Notes: generated by a model from the sequence alone, not told the origin. Counted from the stretch's first letter, positions 25,200-38,406 are shown. The stretch is 64,000 nucleotides of DNA from Isurus oxyrinchus (GCA_026770705.1 JANJGN010000018.1:75826001-75890000), one strand, 5' to 3'. Translations and numbers: made by a program.

Positions 25200-26020
25200 C
25201 TGTGATGTAGTGGCAGGGAAATCTCTCCGCTGGTTGGAGTCATACCTAGCACAAAGAAAGATGTTTGCAGTTGTTGGAGGTCAATCATCTCAGTCCCAGG
25301 ACATCACTGCACTCAGGGTAGTGCCCTAAGTTGAACCATCTTCAGCTGCTTCGCAAGTGACCTTCCTTCTATCATACAGCCAGAAGTGGGGTTGTTCACT
25401 GATGATTGCTTTTTTTTCGTTCATTCAAGGAATGTGGGCTTCGTTGCCTGGGCAATCATTTATTGACCATCCCTAATTGTCCTTGAGAAGGTGGTGGTGA
25501 GCTGCCTTCTTGAACCGCTGCAATCGTACAATGTTCAGTACCATTTGCAACTTCTCAGATGCTGAGGTAGTGGGTGTCACTATGCACCAAGTCCTGGACA
25601 ATATTCAGGTTTGGGCTGATAGGTGGCAAGTAACATTTATGCCAAAGAAATGCAGGCAATGGCCGTCTCCAAGAAGAGAGAATCTAATCATTGATCCTTC
25701 ACATTCAATGGCATTACCATCGCTGAATCCCCTACTATCAACATCCTGGGGGTTACCATTAACCAGAAACTGAACTTGACTAGCCATATAAATACTGTGA
25801 CTACAAGAACTGGTCAGAAGCTAGGAATAGTGCGATGAGTAATCCACCTCCTGACTCCACCATCCACAAGGTACAAGTCAGGAGTGTGATGCAATACTCT
25901 CCGCTTGCCTGGATGAGTGCAGCTCCAACAACACTCAAGAAGCTTCACACCATCCAGGGCAAAGCAGCCCCTTGATTGGCACATCCACAAATATTCACAC
26001 CCTCCACCACCAACGCACAG
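25200..26020 (+). mobile_element. Second CR1-clade LINE family (family B) fragment; other pieces at 5700-5910(+), 34175-34405(-), 49510-49862(-), 61410-61670(-)
   Basis: LDNIQVWADRWQVTF / QGGVLGPTIF...MFVDDCT motifs; shared 3' end gggcaattagggatgggcaataaatg. Confidence 0.8.
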
Positions 26021-26029
26021 TGAAATAAA

Positions 26030-27765
26030 TATTTTGTTTCTGTCTTCAGAGTAGAAGCCACAAATTACATATCAGAAATATTAGGTAACCAAAGTAGAAT
26101 AAAAGTAATTCATTTCAGCAGAAAAAAGTTATTAGATAAACTTTTGGGACTAAAAGCCAGCATATTGCCAGGACCTAATGGTCCAAGGGTTCTAAAAGTG
26201 GTAGCTGTAGAGATGGTGAATGATCTGGTTATAATTTTCCCAAATCCCCTAGATTCTAGAATGGTTCCAGTGGATTGAAATTTATCAAATGTAACAATGC
26301 TATCCCAGAAAGAAGGGGAAGAGTAAAAAGAGGGAACTACAGGCCAGTTAGCCTGACAGTTGTTGAGAAAATGCTGGTATCTATTATTAAAGGAATCTTA
26401 ACAATGCACTGAGAAAATCATCGTGTGATCAGACAGAGTCGACATAGTTTTATGAAAGGGAAATCATGTTTGACAAATTTATTAGAGTTTTTGGAGGATG
26501 TTATTAATGGTTTGATAAAGGGGAGCCAGTAGATGTAATACATTTGGACTTCCAAAGAGGCATTTGAAAAAGTCCTACACAAAAATGAAATATCCAAGAC
26601 AAGGCCCCTGGAGTTGGGGCAATATATTAGCCTGGACAGAGGATTAGTTAATGGCAGCAAAGCAAGCAGAGAATATAGATAAATGAGGCTATTTCACATT
26701 GCAGGTTATAACTAGTGGAGTGCTGCATGGAACAGTGCTGGGGCTTCAGATTGTTATAATATTAATGACTTAGACAAAGAGAGCAAGGGTAAGGCATTCC
26801 AGTTTGCCGATGATACAAAGCTACATGTTAATGTAAGCTGTGAGGAGGAGACAAAGAGGCCACAAAGAAACAAACGAGTGAAGCGAGTGGGCAACAAAAT
26901 GGCAGATCAAGCATAATGTGGGGAAGTGTGAGGTTATTCACTTGGATAGCAAGAATAACAAAACATATATCTTAAAAGGCATGAAACTTCTAAACAAAAA
27001 TAAAAAATGCTGGAAAAGCTCAGCAGGTCTAACAGCATCCGTGGAGAGAAAGACAGAGTTAATGTTTTTAGTCCACATGACTCTTCTTCATGAAGTGAAG
27101 CTTCATGAAAGTTCTAAATGTTGATGTTCAGAGAGACTTGGGTTAACTTGTACGAGGAATGCAGAAAGTTATCATGCAGATACAGCAAGCAATTAGGAAG
27201 ACAAGTGGAATACTAACCTTCATTACAAGGGGATTGCAGTACAAGAATAAAGAAATCTTGCTAAAATTGTACAGAGCTTTGATGAGATAGTACATTGAAG
27301 ATTCACTAGATTGATCCCTAGGGTGAGAGGGTTGTCCTCTGAGAAGAAGCTGAGTAAAATTGGCCTATATTCTCTGTAGTTAAGAAGAATGAGAGGTGAT
27401 CTCATTGAAACATACAAGATGCTGAGGGGCTTGACAGGGTAGAGGTTGTTTCCTCTGGCTGGGGAATCTAGGACACAAGGAAATCTTAGGATAAAGTGGT
27501 CAATTATTTAGGACTGAGGTGAGGAGAACTTTCTTCAATCAGATGTTGTGAATCTTTGGAATTATCTACCCTGGAGGGTTGTGGCTGCACCATCATTGAT
27601 TATATTCAAGGCTGGGATAGACAGACTTTTGATGTCCTAGGGAATCAAGAGACATGGGGAGCGGGCGGGAAAGTGGAGTTGAGACAGAAGATTAACATAA
27701 TCATATTGTATGGAGGGCAGCATCAAGGGGCCATATGGTCTACTGCCATTCCTAATTCTTATGTT
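26030..27765 (+). mobile_element. CR1 ORF2 fragment
   Basis: NYRPVSLT, GKSCLTNLLEFL, FADDTK and 3' tail. Confidence 0.85.
26995..27103 (-). repeat. Short Penelope pseudo-LTR insertion inside CR1 with ~15-bp TSD
   Basis: Flanked by catgaaacttctaaa / catgaaagttctaaa; similar to 28904-28995. Confidence 0.65.
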
Positions 27766-27784
27766 CAACCTAGCTCTCACTTGA

Positions 27785-28000
27785 CTTAGGATACACCAGT
27801 GTTGTTGAGTGAAGTCAGTTCCTGGATGGAGTTGTTCAAAGTAACCAAGTTCTCTAAGATCGTTGGCATTTTCCATTGTTTTACCACTCTGTAGATACTT
27901 AGTGTTTTGGGGTAAGAGATTTTCAGAGACAACCTTCTTACTGGACTTCAATCTTTTGGATGATGAAGTATATCCATGTAGTGGGTTTCTGGGATCATAC
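27785..28000 (-). mobile_element. Ancient non-LTR retrotransposon C-terminal remnant
   Basis: DPRNPLHGY...RLKS...PGTDFTQQHWCILSQVR resembles the HPLH..RLKS / PG.D...W..L.R.R motifs of LINE ORF2 ends. Confidence 0.35.
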
Positions 28001-28962
28001 AGCCGTGTTTGGGTCTAGTCATATACATTCACATTAAGATCCTGTCAATCTCTCACTGCAACTAGCTATGGGAAGGACTAAAGGTAGAATTTTGAACAGT
28101 TGAGTTTGTCATTTCCTCAGTCTGTTAGTTTTCCGATGTCAACTTTTGCAACAGTGCATTTGACCATCAATCATCTTTTGATTTCATCAATTTTTGAATG
28201 GGGACATTATCACAAACAAAGAAAATCCACCCAAGGGCACACAACCCCACTTCCATGGTCAAATTGGGCAGAAAATTACAAATATTGATCATGCTTACAA
28301 TTGAACAAGATCCAAACACAAGATTCCCATTCCTCCAGCAAAAAAGTGGCAGAGTGAAACTCCTATGTGTTCTCTCATTTTAATTAAGTAATAAATAATT
28401 TAAAATCATGAAAACTACACATGGAAGAGGTATTGCAAAGGCAATGAAGTAAAAATGCATCTTTCCAGTTGGAGCAATGGTGAATTACTAACCTGCTGAT
28501 TATGAAGAACATAAATAGTATGTTAACCTGACATAGACCGCAATATAATCACTGGAAGTAAAAATCACATAGAATATATCCATATTACCATTACATCAAA
28601 GACATTTTATTTGAACATAGATCACTTGAGGCTCAGCTCAGACTCTGCTTTGGTTATTAAGGTCAGATATATGTTAGTGAATATTCTTAAAATTGGTTCT
28701 TCTTTAGAACAGGTCTAAACTTTGTGGAGTTGCTTGGATAGGTGGGATGCCCTTTTGGAGAGGCAAGTGCCCTTGGTCCTAGGACATCTTTAGGGGAGGT
28801 CAGGTGCCCTTTGGGAATGGTAAGGTACCCTTTGGGATTGTTAAAATGAGGCATGAATGTGTGTAAAAAATGCATAAATTGCCATAAATGGCTATAAACA
28901 GCTCAAAAACAGAATTACCTGGAAAAACTCAGCAGGTCTGGCAGCATCGGCGGAGAAGAAAA

Positions 28963-29003
28963 GAGTTGACGTTTCGAGTCCTCATGACCCTTCGACAGAA
29001 CTT
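28963..29003 (-). ncRNA. Minimal type I hammerhead ribozyme (variant core CUGUCGA)
   Basis: AGUU-CUGUCGA-A-GGGUC-augag-GACUC-GAAA-CG-UC-AACU: stem I AGUU/AACU, 5-bp stem II, palindromic ACGU stem III. Confidence 0.75.
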
Positions 29004-29236
29004 GAGTGAGTCCAGGAAAGGGGTGAAATATAAGCTGGTTTAAAGTGTTTGTGTGGGGGGGGGGGGGGGGCGGTGGTTTTGGGTGGGGGGAGAGAGAGAG
29101 AAGTGGAGGGGATTGGTGTGGTTGTAGGGACAAATAAGCAGTAATAGAAGCAGATCATCAAAAGATGTCACAAACAACAGAACAAAAGAACACATAGGTG
29201 TTAAAGTTGGTGATATTATCTAAACGAATGTGCTAA

Positions 29237-30778
29237 TTAAGAATGGATGGTAGGGCACTCAAGGTATAGCTCTAGTGGGGGTGGGGAGAGCATAAAAGAT
29301 TTAAAAATATTTAAAAATAATGGAAATAGGTGGGAAAAGAAAAATCTATATAATTTATTGGAAAAAACAAAAGGAAGGGGGAAACAGAAAGGGGGTGGGG
29401 ATGGAGGAGGGAGCTCAAGACCTAAATTGTTGAATTCAATATTCAGTCTGGAAGGCTGTAAAGTGCCTAGTCGGAAGATGAGGTGTTGTTCCTCCAGTTT
29501 GCGTTGGGTTTCACTGGAACAATGCAGCAAGCCAAGGACAGACATGTGGGCAAGAGAGCAGGGTGGAGTGTTAAAATGGCAAGCGACAGGGAGGTTTGGG
29601 TCATTCTTGCGGACAGACCGCAGGTGTTCTGCAAAGCGGTCGCCCAGTTTACATTTGGTCTCTCCGATGTAGAGGAGACCGCATTGGGAGCAACGAATGC
29701 AGTAGACTAAGTTGGGAGAAATGCAAGTGAAATGCTGCTTCACTTGAAAGGAGTGTTTGGGCCCTTGGACGGTGAGGAGAGAGGAAGTGAAGGGGCAGGT
29801 GTTGCATCTTTTGCGTGGGCATGGGGTGGTGCCATAGGAGGGGGTTGAGGAGTAGGGGGTGATGGAGGAGTGGACCAGGGTGTCCTGGAGGAAACGATCC
29901 CTACGGAATGCCGATGGGGGGGGTGAAGGGAAGATGTGTTTGGTGGTGGCATCATGCTGGAGTTGGCGAAAATGGCGGAGGATGATCCTTTGAATGCGGA
30001 GGCTGGTGGGGTGATAAGTGAGGACAAGAGGGACCCTATCATGTTTCTGGGAGGGAGGAGAAGGCGTGAGGGCGGATGCGCGGGAGATGGGCTGGACACG
30101 GTTGAGGGCCCTGTCAACGACCGTGGGTAGAAAACCTCGGTTAAGGAAGAAGGAGGACACGTCAGAGGAACTGTTTTTGAAGGTAGCATCATCGGAACAG
30201 ATGCGACGGAGGCGAAGGAACTGAGAGAATGGGATGGAGTCCTTACAGGAAGCGGTGAGTGCGGAGCTGTAGTCGAGGTAGCTGTGGGAGTCGGTGTGTT
30301 TGTAATGGATATTGGTTGTCAGTCTATCACCAGAGATTGAGACAGAGAGGTCAAGGAAGGGAAGGGAAGTGTCAGAGATGGACCACGTGAAAATGATGGA
30401 GGGGTGGAGATTGGAAGCAAAATTAATAAATTTTTCCAAGTCCCGACGAGAGCATGAAGCAGCACCGAAGTAATCATCGATGTACCGGAGAAAGAGTTGT
30501 GGAAGGGGGCCGGAGTAGGACTGGAACAAGGAATGTTTCACATACCCCATAAAGAGACAGGCATAGCTGGGGCCCATGCGGGTACCCATAGCCACACCTT
30601 TAATTTGGAGGAAGTGAGAGGAGTTGAAGGAGAAATTGTTCAGTGTGAGAACAAGTTCAGCCAGACGGAGGAGAGTAGTGGTGGATGGGGATTGTTCGGG
30701 CCTCTGTTCGAGGAAGAAGCTAAGGGCCCTCAGACCATCCTGGTGGGGGATGGAGGTGTAGAGGGATTGGACGTCCAT
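29237..30778 (-). CDS. Penelope reverse transcriptase + GIY-YIG endonuclease (partial)
   Basis: 513-aa ORF with the motifs above; N-terminus cut off by a stop, C-terminus apparently extended by a frameshift. Confidence 0.9.
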   Translation of the reverse strand: MDVQSLYTSIPHQDGLRALSFFLEQRPEQSPSTTTLLRLAELVLTLNNFSFNSSHFLQIKGVAMGTRMGPSYACLFMGYVKHSLFQSYSGPLPQLFLRYIDDYFGAASCSRRDLEKFINFASNLHPSIIFTWSISDTSLPFLDLSVSISGDRLTTNIHYKHTDSHSYLDYSSALTASCKDSIPFSQFLRLRRICSDDATFKNSSSDVSSFFLNRGFLPTVVDRALNRVQPISRASALTPSPPSQKHDRVPLVLTYHPTSLRIQRIILRHFRQLQHDATTKHIFPSPPPSAFRRDRFLQDTLVHSSITPYSSTPSYGTTPCPRKRCNTCPFTSSLLTVQGPKHSFQVKQHFTCISPNLVYCIRCSQCGLLYIGETKCKLGDRFAEHLRSVRKNDPNLPVACHFNTPPCSLAHMSVLGLLHCSSETQRKLEEQHLIFRLGTLQPSRLNIEFNNLGLELPPPSPPPFCFPLPFVFSNKLYRFFFSHLFPLFLNIFKSFMLSPPPLELYLECPTIHS

Positions 30779-31518
30779 GGTGAAGAGGAAGTGATTGGGG
30801 CCAGGGAACTGGAAATTGTTGATGTGACTAAAGGTGTCAGAGGAATCACGGATGTAGGTGGGAAGGGACTGGACAAGGGGAGAGAGAAGGGAGTCAAGCT
30901 AACGAGAAATGAGTTCTGTGGGGCAGGAGCAAGCTGACACAATCGGTCTACCGGGGCAGTTCTGTTTGTGGATTTTGGATAGGAGATAGAAGCGGGCCGT
31001 CCGAGGTTGGGCAACTATCAGGTTGGAAGCTGTGGGAGGAAGATCCCCAGAGGAGATGAGGTCAGTGACAGTCCTGGAAACAATAGCTTGATGTTCAGTG
31101 GTGGGGTCATGGTCCAGGGAGAGGTAGGAGGAAATGCCGGCGAGTTGACGCTCAGCCTCCGCGAGGTCGAGGTCAGTGCGCCAGACAACAACAGCACCAT
31201 CCTTGTCAGCGGGTTTGATGACAATGTCAGGGTTGGACCTGAGAGAATGGAATGCAGTAAGTTCAGAGAGATAGAGATTAGAATGGGTGAGAGGACTAAA
31301 GCCTGGTGGGGGGCGGTGGTAGTGGATAGGGGGTATATGTTGGAATTGAGGGTGTGAGGGGCCATGAGAGGTGGGTAGAGATAGGTTGGCATGGAGAGCA
31401 TAGGGGTGGGTAAAGAGGCATGAGGTGGCATGGATGGAGCATAGGGTTTAATGGATGAGGGAGTTTGAGGGGTGAGGGCTGGAGGACTGTGTAATGTTTT
31501 TCTTTTTAATCCTTTAAT

Positions 31519-32165
31519 GGGAGTGAATTTTCTCCCTGTTGGTGGGCACGGGCGAGAGCAGACCTGATCGGCGCCCCCGATTTTATGTGGGCAGGCCAGT
31601 TAAGGCTCACCCAGCGTGACGCATGCCTGTGTGCTTCCTTTGTGGCCGGGGGAGGGGTGGTCCCTGAATCAGGACTGCGCTCTTTTGCGCATGCATGCAG
31701 AAGAGCATAAAAATCTCCCTGAGGCAGAGAGGTGATAAGCTTTAAGTTTTAAAAATTTTAATAAAGAAAAAATAAATTTAAGACCTGTCCCCTCATGTGA
31801 TAGTGTTACATGAGCTGGGACATGTCAATGAACATTAATGAAAAAATTTATTTTATTTATACATCCTTCATAAAGACTCATCCTGCCCGTGGATGAGGTT
31901 CCATGGAAAATGTGAAGGCCGCCAGGGCTCTTCGCCTGCCTGCCAACCTTAAGGTTAGACGGGCAGCTTTCTCAATAGCCTTAATTAGTTAATTAATGGC
32001 CTTAACAGGCCTTTGACAGTTCGGCAGGTGCGCAGCCAACTTGGCTGAACTGAAAATCTAAATGATGCGCGGTGACGTCGGGACACTCGCCTGATGTCAC
32101 CCTGCGTCATCTTACGCCTCGGTGAGTGGGTCCCGCCCCTGCTCGCCAAGCCGGAAATTCCCCCC
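31519..32165. mobile_element. MITE, same family
   Basis: gggagtgaatttt...gaaattccccc termini; shared cctcatgtga and ccgtggatgagg core. Confidence 0.8.
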
Positions 32166-32349
32166 ATGGTGCCAGTGCACTGAGGCAGGCCTTGTGCCCA
32201 GCCCACCTCCACACCCAGCAGCCTCAGCACTCATTCTGGGGTCACCCACCACGACTCCCGTTTGTACCTGCACTCCCTCCGGACCGAAAATACCTGCTGG
32301 GATATTTTCTCCCGGTCTTGTTTGTGGAGCCAAGAATTGTCCTGACTCT

Positions 32350-33110
32350 GCACTCCTGACTTGGGAGAGAAGATTCAGGCCTTTGCTCCAGTCTGAAAAA
32401 CAATCACTCACCACTACTTTTTACTTTCTGCCTGAGCCAATTTTGTACCCACAAATCCATTGCCCCTATAATACCATTAGGTTTGATTTGCTAACAAGCT
32501 ATTTATGTGGTACTTTGTCAAACACCTTTTGAAAGTCTAAATGTGCAACAACAACCACACTGCCCTCATTAACCCTCTCTGTTACTTCAACAAAGAACTC
32601 TGTCAGACATGATTTGCCTTTAACAAATGAGGGCTGGCTTTTGTTTATTAACCCATATTTTTTCAAGTGACAATTAATTTTGCCCTTGGCCATTTTCTCT
32701 AAAAGTTTCCTCACCATTGCCATCAGGCTGACCAGCCTGTAATTGCTGGCCCAAGTGGAGTTTTTGTCTTTTGTGTGAACTGCTTTTTCTTCATTGAATC
32801 AAGAGTTTCTTTGAATGCCTCTCACTGCTTGTCTGTAGATGTACCTATTAACCGCTCAGCCTAGTTAATTGTGATTAAATTATTTTTCACCTTCTGTTGT
32901 TACCCTAGTCTGTAATGCTTGCTCCTCCCTTTCAAACATATATAAAATTCAGTTATGTTACCATTCACAAGATATTATCTTACAGCCAGTTTGTTAATGA
33001 ACTCTGGTTTCTTACTCATTACTAAATCTACTATAGCCTTACCCCTTGATGGTTCCAAAACACATTGGTCCAGAAAATGGTTCTGAATAAATACTAGGAA
33101 TCCAATGCAC
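32350..33110 (-). mobile_element. CR1 fragment
   Basis: GKSCLTEFF...LDFQKVFDKVPH. Confidence 0.8.
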
Positions 33111-34415
33111 ATAATGAAAGCTAACATTTCAGTGCAACACTGAGAGAATGCCACACTATCAGAGGTGTGTCTTTCAGATGAAATGTTAAACTGAGGCCAT
33201 GCCCTTCCTCTCAGGTGATTGTGAAAGATCCTTTAACACTAGCTGAAGGAGGGGAACCCAACTGGTGTCCTAGTCAACATTTATATTTCAACCAATACCT
33301 AAAAGATAGGTTATCTGGTCATTTATTGTACTGCTGTTCATGGGACCTTGTTATGCTTAAATAGACTGCAGTATTTTTTATATTATAATAGTGACTACAC
33401 GTCTAAAGTTCGTTGGTTGTTGAAATACAACATTTTAGGAGGAAGGAGGGCTGAGGAAAGTGTGAAGTTACACAGTTTTGAGGTGCAACTAATGATTGGA
33501 CTCGAGTAAGAAAATGTATGAACGGTCTTGAATCCTATATAGTGGGGCTGCAGAGTGGAGGGAGAACATGTAAAGGAGGATATAGGGTATTTATGTTAGG
33601 AGAAAGAAGAGATTTTTACAAGGTCAAGGTATAACATGGTAGCTGATAAGGAGATAGGACTCTGATGAGAAATTGTGCCAGCATTCTACTTCACAGTGCT
33701 ACAAACTGTTTTATATGGATCACCCATTAAAACATTGCCTACATATGAGCTCTGCTTGGTTCAGTGTGTGTGAACGGTGAAGAGTATCCAGATGGGTCAC
33801 CCCTTGCTTGTGAGCAACAGGTTCCACTGGCATTTTGCAATTGGAGCAGAGGACAGTACTTGGAGAATCACATTTCTTTAGAGTTTATTCCCTAGGGTTG
33901 AGATTTTGGAAACACTTCACATTTTCCTTAACTCTCTTGGAGTTAGTGGATATACCCAGTTCACTTTGACTGCTTGCATTGTTACAGCAGACCACTGTTA
34001 GCTCCTGGGTGGCAGGGTCCTAGGCTTCAGCCTTTATTCCTATGAATCTAATTGGATGATGGCAGATGAATTTGATGTGATCCCTGAAGTATCAAAGATA
34101 AATCTTACTTTACTGTTTAAAGAGAGAGAGTCAAGACTTGGATGATCCCATCCAAGTGTATAGGATTTGGATTTTTTTTATGCATTCATAGGATGTGGGT
34201 CTCTGGCTAGACTATCATTTATTGCCCATTCCTAATTGCCCTTCAGGAGGTGGTGCTGAGCTGCCTTCTTGAACCTCTGCAGTCCATGTTGTGTAGGACA
34301 GAGTTCCAAGATTTTGATCCAGTGACAATGAAGGAACGGCAATATATTTCCAAATCAAGATGATGTGTGGCTTGGAAAGGAACTTCGAGGTAGTGGTGCT
34401 CCCATCCAGATTATG

Positions 34416-35315
34416 TGTGCCAGGCAGACCATATTCACAAGGGAAACTTGGTCACAGTATCACAATGATTTTGCAATTTGTATTTATTATGAGAAGATGT
34501 GTACATTGAATTCAGAAGTAGTAAGTCCACCAAGAACTTTAAAGATTTTAAAAATTAAATTAAAATATTTATTAACACAATAAATGATTTCAAGCACATA
34601 CATAAAACTACACTTACTTAATGCTATTACAACTCTAAAAACTTATAATTAACCCAACTCCCAGTTACACACCACCTTTAAGGCAACAGTCCAAAATAGA
34701 TTCTAGATTTAAAAGAAAACCAGTAAGTTAACACAGTACCCACTTGGCAGTGGAATTCCAAATGGCTTTCACCAACTTCAGTTACTGGATACAGCTGACC
34801 TATGCACAAATGGCTAGAGGCTTCTTGAAGGCTGTTTCACACACTCCTGTTAGATCTTACATAGCCTTTCATTCTCCTTTATATATACAATTTTCTCTTT
34901 TTAATATGTAAGTTCCATTGTTCCATATGTCTTTGGAACGGTACCTTTCCCATAATATAAAAACTTTCATGTTGCCAATATTGTCAGTAGCCTTTGGGAA
35001 AAAAGTAAACACACTCCTTAGCCTTGCTTATCTGGCTAGTTGTAAACAAACTAACATCCCTTTGAAATCCAAACAATTCCTTCCCTTATATAAAAATGCA
35101 AATTCCCTTCACACCTTACATGTTAAGCCAGTATCCATGTCTACTCATTAGCATTTCAAACATTTTTACACCTAGCTTCTTTTGATAATTCCAAGCTTAC
35201 AGTCTGACTCCAAATGTAATTAAATCACACAGACAGAACCAACAACACTCAGCCCCATAAACCTACTTTACAACAAACCAGAAAAATATTATGAAAATTA
35301 TTATACTTTTGTAAC
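34416..35315. repeat. Putative solo LTR (~900 bp)
   Basis: TG...TAACA ends; diverged direct-repeat homolog at 36987-38406. Confidence 0.5.
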
Positions 35316-35854
35316 ACAAATTAAGAAGAAAAATCCTGTTCCTATATTACATTTCTTGAAGTAGATACGAGTTGAGTGTACCTTTTCTTTTAAATCCAGC
35401 TTTTTTTTTTGCAAAGTATAAGGGGAAATATAATGAGCCTATGACCCCAGTTGAGCTTGAAGTGGGTATGGTTCAGGCATTCAAGGCTGTGCTGTTATAG
35501 TTCTATTGCTGATTAATGCTCCTTTTGAGTGTATTGCTCAATCTTCAATGCTAGGAATTTACCTGACAGTTTCCATGAAAATTAAATCTGCTGGGACTTT
35601 CAAGTATGGGATACATGAATAATTTTTAGGAACATTCTTTTCTATTTAAATAAATCAAGGTAGCTTGCTTTTCAAACATTTTTCTTACTGATGCTCTTAC
35701 TCTATTGTATTAACTCTAAACAGCCAAGCATCTTACATCTTACATTGGATGTGTAGATGGGGTAAAGCACTTCCTATGAGATACCTAGTGTACTAAGCAC
35801 AATTTTAGAGAAATCTTCATTCCATTATAATTTCAAGTTCAGAGTTAGAATGTT

Positions 35855-36602
35855 GGTAGGAAGTACATGGAGATACAATATGAAATAAAGGGCATAATTC
35901 TAAAGGGGGTGCAGGAGCAGAGGAACCTGGCGTGTATATGTATAAGTCATTGAAGGGGGCAGGACAGATTGATAGGGTGGTTAATGAAGCTTACAGTATG
36001 CTTGGCTTCATTATTAGGGGCTTAGAGTACAAGAGCAAGGAGGTTATGTTGAACTTGTACAGGATGCTAGTTTGGTCTCAGCTGGAATATTGCATCCAGT
36101 TCTGGATGCCACCCTTTAGTAAGGATGAGAAGGCATTAGAGAGAATGCAGAAAAGATTCATGAGAATGCTTCCAGGGATGAGGAACTCCAGTTATGAAGA
36201 TAGACTGGAGAAGTTGGGACTGTTTTCCTTGGAGATAAGAGGAGATTTGATACAGGTATTCAAAATCACAAGGCACCTAGACAGAATAGGCAGGGAGAAA
36301 CTATTCCCAGTCATGAAAGGATTGAGAATAAGAGGGTACAGATTTAAAGTAATTGGTAAAAGAAAATCTTTTTCACACAGTGAGTTATTAAGGTCTAGAA
36401 TGCACTGCCTGAGAGTGTGATGGAGGCAGGTTCAACTGAAGCTTTCAAAAGGCAATTAGACTGTTATCTGAAAAGGAAGAATGTACAGGGTTATGGGGAG
36501 AAGGCGGAGCAATGGCACTAGGTGAATTGCTCATTTGGAGAGTTGGTGCAGACTTGATGGGCTAAATGCATTGTAACAATTCTGTGATTCTTGATTCTAT
36601 GG
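35855..36602 (+). mobile_element. CR1 3' fragment
   Basis: YKSKEVMLNLYRMLVWSQLEYCIQFW...LGLFSLE. Confidence 0.9.
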
Positions 36603-36669
36603 TTCCTAGAATTGTTGTACAGTCAATTATTTATTGTAAACAGCCACTTGGCAGTACAGAACTTGAATA

Positions 36670-36980
36670 TTGTTGAAAAGAGAGACATGTTTCCAAAGCT
36701 TTTTGTCTTGCACTTATCAGGACAAACAAAAGAATGCCAAATTTCAAACAATTACAACAATTTATACAATGGGAGAAAAGCATGCTGATTTATTGGCAAG
36801 TCAACAGATTGGCTGAGACACTTCCATGGAGAAAGCAATAGGAGACTATAGGCTCCCCAAGCTCCTGGGTAATTCAAAAACCAGCCTGCATTTGCAAAAT
36901 CCAAAACAAAATATCTACTGTTAGATGTGATTCTATGATCAGGCAGCACTTGCTGAACAATTCTGAGTGCGCTAATAGCT
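36670..36980. mobile_element. Fragment of the same old Penelope family, inverted arrangement
   Basis: 36680-36850 is the reverse complement of the 3290-3475 tail; 36890-36975 matches ~2990-3065 on the plus strand. Confidence 0.6.
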
Positions 36981-36986
36981 GGTAAA

Positions 36987-38406
36987 TGCTGAGCTGTTCA
37001 AATCCCGGAGGGAAACTTGAAACAACTGTCACAACTAATTTTCAATTTGTATGTTTTGAGATGTTTTGAATTCAGCAATAACATTACCAAGTCTTAAGAG
37101 GTTTTATACAACTAACTTAAACATTTATTAATAAATTGTAATTGTAAGCACATGTATATGTCCGAAAATTACTGCTACAATAACTTTTAAATCCCTAATT
37201 AATCTGGTTCCCAGTTACACCTTCGTTAAGGCAACTATAAAACACACAGATTTTAAAAGACTCAGGCAATGTAAAATATACCCTGAACAGTCTAATTTGA
37301 AGCGAGTTCTCATAACTTCAGTCCCTGGAGGCAACAGTTTGGTACATACAGGCTAAAGACGTTTCACACTTGTTGAATCTTAAACTGCCTACCCTTACAA
37401 ATATTTTCCCCTTTGAGTGCAAATATCCATGTTTCACTATGTCTTTGGACTTTACCTTCCTGATGATAAAAAACCTCTCAAAGCACTAAGTTTTACCAGT
37501 AATCTTTGGGGGAAAAAAAACACACTGTTTTTAAACTTCACCTAGCTAGGTGACACATTTCACCCGTCCTTTGAAAACAATCTAAGTCTGGTTCATTTAA
37601 AACTGTAAATGTCCTTTTATACCTTACATTCTAAACTTCCCCCCTGTTTACCATGGGCAGAATTTTTTTCTTCGTCGGGCATGCCCGACCCGAACAAGAG
37701 TAAAATAGTGCGCAATGACTTTGGGTAAGCTTCCCGATGTCATTGTGCACTCTCGTGATATTTCGTTCGATGGGCACGCGTGAGAAGTAGCAGCATGCCC
37801 GCGAACAATTAAAAGGCCTATTAAGGACCTTAATTAACTGAATTGAATTTTTCGCTGCCCATTCGCTGGCGGGTGAGCGAATAGGCCAAGCGGCCTTTGC
37901 ATTTTTTGCAAAACCTCATCCATGGGTAGGATGAAGTTTCGATCAGTGATTAAAAAACAAAACTTTTAAAACTCATTTTTAACAGAGTCACATGAGGAGA
38001 CTTATTTTTAAGTTCTTTATTTGTAATGTTAAAAATTTTCAGCTCCCTGAGGCAACTCTCTTTCTTCAGGGAGCTTTCAGTGTGCGCTCCCCGACACATG
38101 CGCAGACTTCAGTGCTCACGGTCCTCCCACCCGCACCCCTGCAGTGCTGAGGCTCCCAGCACGCGTTTCACGCTGACCAGCCGTTAATTGGCTGGCCAAC
38201 GTGAAACTGCAATTGGTTTTGTGGTCCTGGGCCTGCCTGCTGCACCCGCCGACAAGGTAAAAATCCTGCACCATGTTTACATCAAAGCCTTCAGACCAGC
38301 TGCTGTTAATCCAATTAAGTCACACACACACACACATACAAACACAGATACCACCATTTTACAATAAATTCCAATAACATTATGAGAATTATTATATCTT
38401 CCCAAC
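36987..38406. repeat. Putative solo LTR, same family, MITE-interrupted
   Basis: Shares gggaaacttg, cccagttacac, aaggcaac, attatga.aattattata blocks in the same order. Confidence 0.5.
37655..38272. mobile_element. MITE, same family, opposite orientation
   Basis: gggcagaatttt...aaaatcctgcacc termini; flanked by CAT/AT; shorter relatives at 1807-2012 and 20112-20243. Confidence 0.75.

Larger units (their letters stand above)
28904..31290 (-). mobile_element. Penelope-like element (Neptune type), 5'-truncated, recent
   Basis: ORF 29237-30778 has RT motifs GVAMGTRMGPSYA and YIDD, Cys linker CPRKRCNTC, GIY-YIG VYCIRC...YIGET...RFAEH; in-frame TAG at 30899-30901; 3' pseudo-LTR with hammerhead. Confidence 0.95.

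Noticed and set aside
28735-28840. CRISPR-like or functional array (~21-nt imperfect repeats; also a 22-nt duplication at 5227-5265)
   Set aside because: Eukaryotic context, no unique spacers; ordinary degenerate tandem repeats.
29247-31431. Several overlapping ORFs around the Penelope ORF
   Set aside because: Alternative-frame or antisense artefacts of the GC-rich retroelement.
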